Notes under the pieces: generated by a model | Database searches by the model: none | The model's input: only the letters and a program-made list of their open reading frames with translations | What the model was told of the DNA's origin: nothing | Source: Camelus ferus | Taxonomy: Eukaryota | Assembly (NCBI RefSeq): GCF_009834535.1 | Contig: NC_045696.1 | Span: forward strand, 11,100,001 to 11,164,000 | DNA length: 64,000 nucleotides | Direction: 5' to 3' | Made by a program: the position numbers and the translations under genes | Part shown: positions 62,999 through 64,000 of the stretch, in pieces | Position numbering within the stretch: position 1 is the first letter of the stretch | Layout: each line of letters starts with the position of its first letter

Positions 62999-63132
62999 GA
63001 TGGCCCGAGCCTGCCTGAACCTGATGGCCGCCATGGTGACCCAGGGTCCGGAGGCTGCCAGAGACGTCTGCAGCCATTTTGATTTGAATAAAAAGACCTT
63101 TGTACACCCTGGTGACCAAGAGGGATTCAAAG
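62999..63132 (+). CDS. URB1: URB1 coding exon 4 (apparent +1 frameshift at 63099-63101)
   Basis: aacag|GATGGCC...TCAAAG|gtgaga; MARACLNLMAAMVTQGPEAARDVCSHFDLNKKT, then LYTLVTKRDSK only in the shifted frame. Confidence 0.9.
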
Positions 63133-64000
63133 GTGAGAGGCCAAGTGTCTTGTACCCCTTGAGTGTTTCCGTTGCCTTTGTGTGTCCTCTTCCCTCTGGC
63201 CTCGGTCCTCATGTGGATGGAAGGGAGGCTTCCCCGTGGAGAGTCCGGGGCCTTGGCAGCCTCTGGGGTCCATGAGGAAGGGAGGCCTTTCTCGTGGCCG
63301 GTGGTGGGGCCCAGCTGCCTACAGAGCCTGAGTGACAGGGTCACCCGAGGACAGCTCTCTCGGGGCTCAGCATCGCCGGGCCTTCCTGGCCCGTGAGGAC
63401 GGCTGAGCTTGTGAGATGGCCTCCAGGTGCCTCGTGGTGTGAACCTCGTAGTGTCCTGGCCGCCTGCATGGGTTCCATCCACTCTGCAGAAATCTGCTGC
63501 AAGGCTCAGCCAGTGACATCACCAAAGAGGACACTTACTGGCTTTTTAATATATTTCTTGCACCTTCCAATTATAAGTCTTCTAATGAGTAGGGGCTGCT
63601 TTGTGCCAAAGAGAATGGAAGTGTGAATGGCTGGTTTTCAGAAGAACTGTCGGAAAAAGAAAAGTTTCCTGGTGGCTCCAGAAGTTTCACTTGGGTTTGG
63701 TTCTTGAGGAAGAAGCACAAGCTTCAGGACTCCTGAGCTGGTGGAGGGGTGGCCTCCCGCCCACGTGCTGGCTGCAGGCTGTCCAGGCCTCTTTCCACGG
63801 GCCGGGCCGGGCCGGCCCTCCTTGCCGTCGCCGCGGTGCTATGGCAGCCCTGGCCTCATCCTCCACACCCTCCTCCTGAGCAGAAGGACCAGGCCGCCCG
63901 ATGGCCGCCTGTCCGCCCAGGCAGAGAGCCATGTTGGAGTGGTGGACTTCTGCAGCCACGTGACCTTGCTCTCTGACTCTTCTTGGGAGTTGAGAGCTTC

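Noticed and set aside
1..64000. Most ORFs in the six-frame track (e.g. 4141-4788, 19928-20560, 39789-40475, 62865-63482)
   Set aside because: They fall in GC-rich introns, CpG islands or repeats, often begin at non-ATG codons, and resemble no protein I recognise. Only the spliced EVA1C and URB1 exons are supported.

Overview
Mammalian genomic DNA. The tRNA-derived SINEs and L1 3' ends look camelid (alpaca/camel-like), and the gene order matches human 21q22.11. Two genes lie head-to-head about 18.5 kb apart. EVA1C is on the minus strand: coding exons 1-3 at 39793-39952, 7181-7377 and 4228-4351, a 32.4 kb intron 1, and the gene continues left of the window. URB1 is on the plus strand: coding exons 1-4 from 58470, continuing to the right. 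Each gene has a CpG-island promoter. A decayed, processed EEF1A1 pseudogene lies between them, and the rest is ordinary repeats (SINE, L1, L2, MLT1, MER). Three observations stand out. (1) A gap-free 144-bp inverted repeat (131/144 identical by hand count) brackets the URB1 promoter plus exon 1. (2) URB1 exon 4 has an apparent +1 frameshift, probably an assembly error. (3) An L1 insertion with an apparent 3' transduction is nested in the EEF1A1 pseudogene 3' UTR. Gene and repeat names come from recalled homology, not from database searches.
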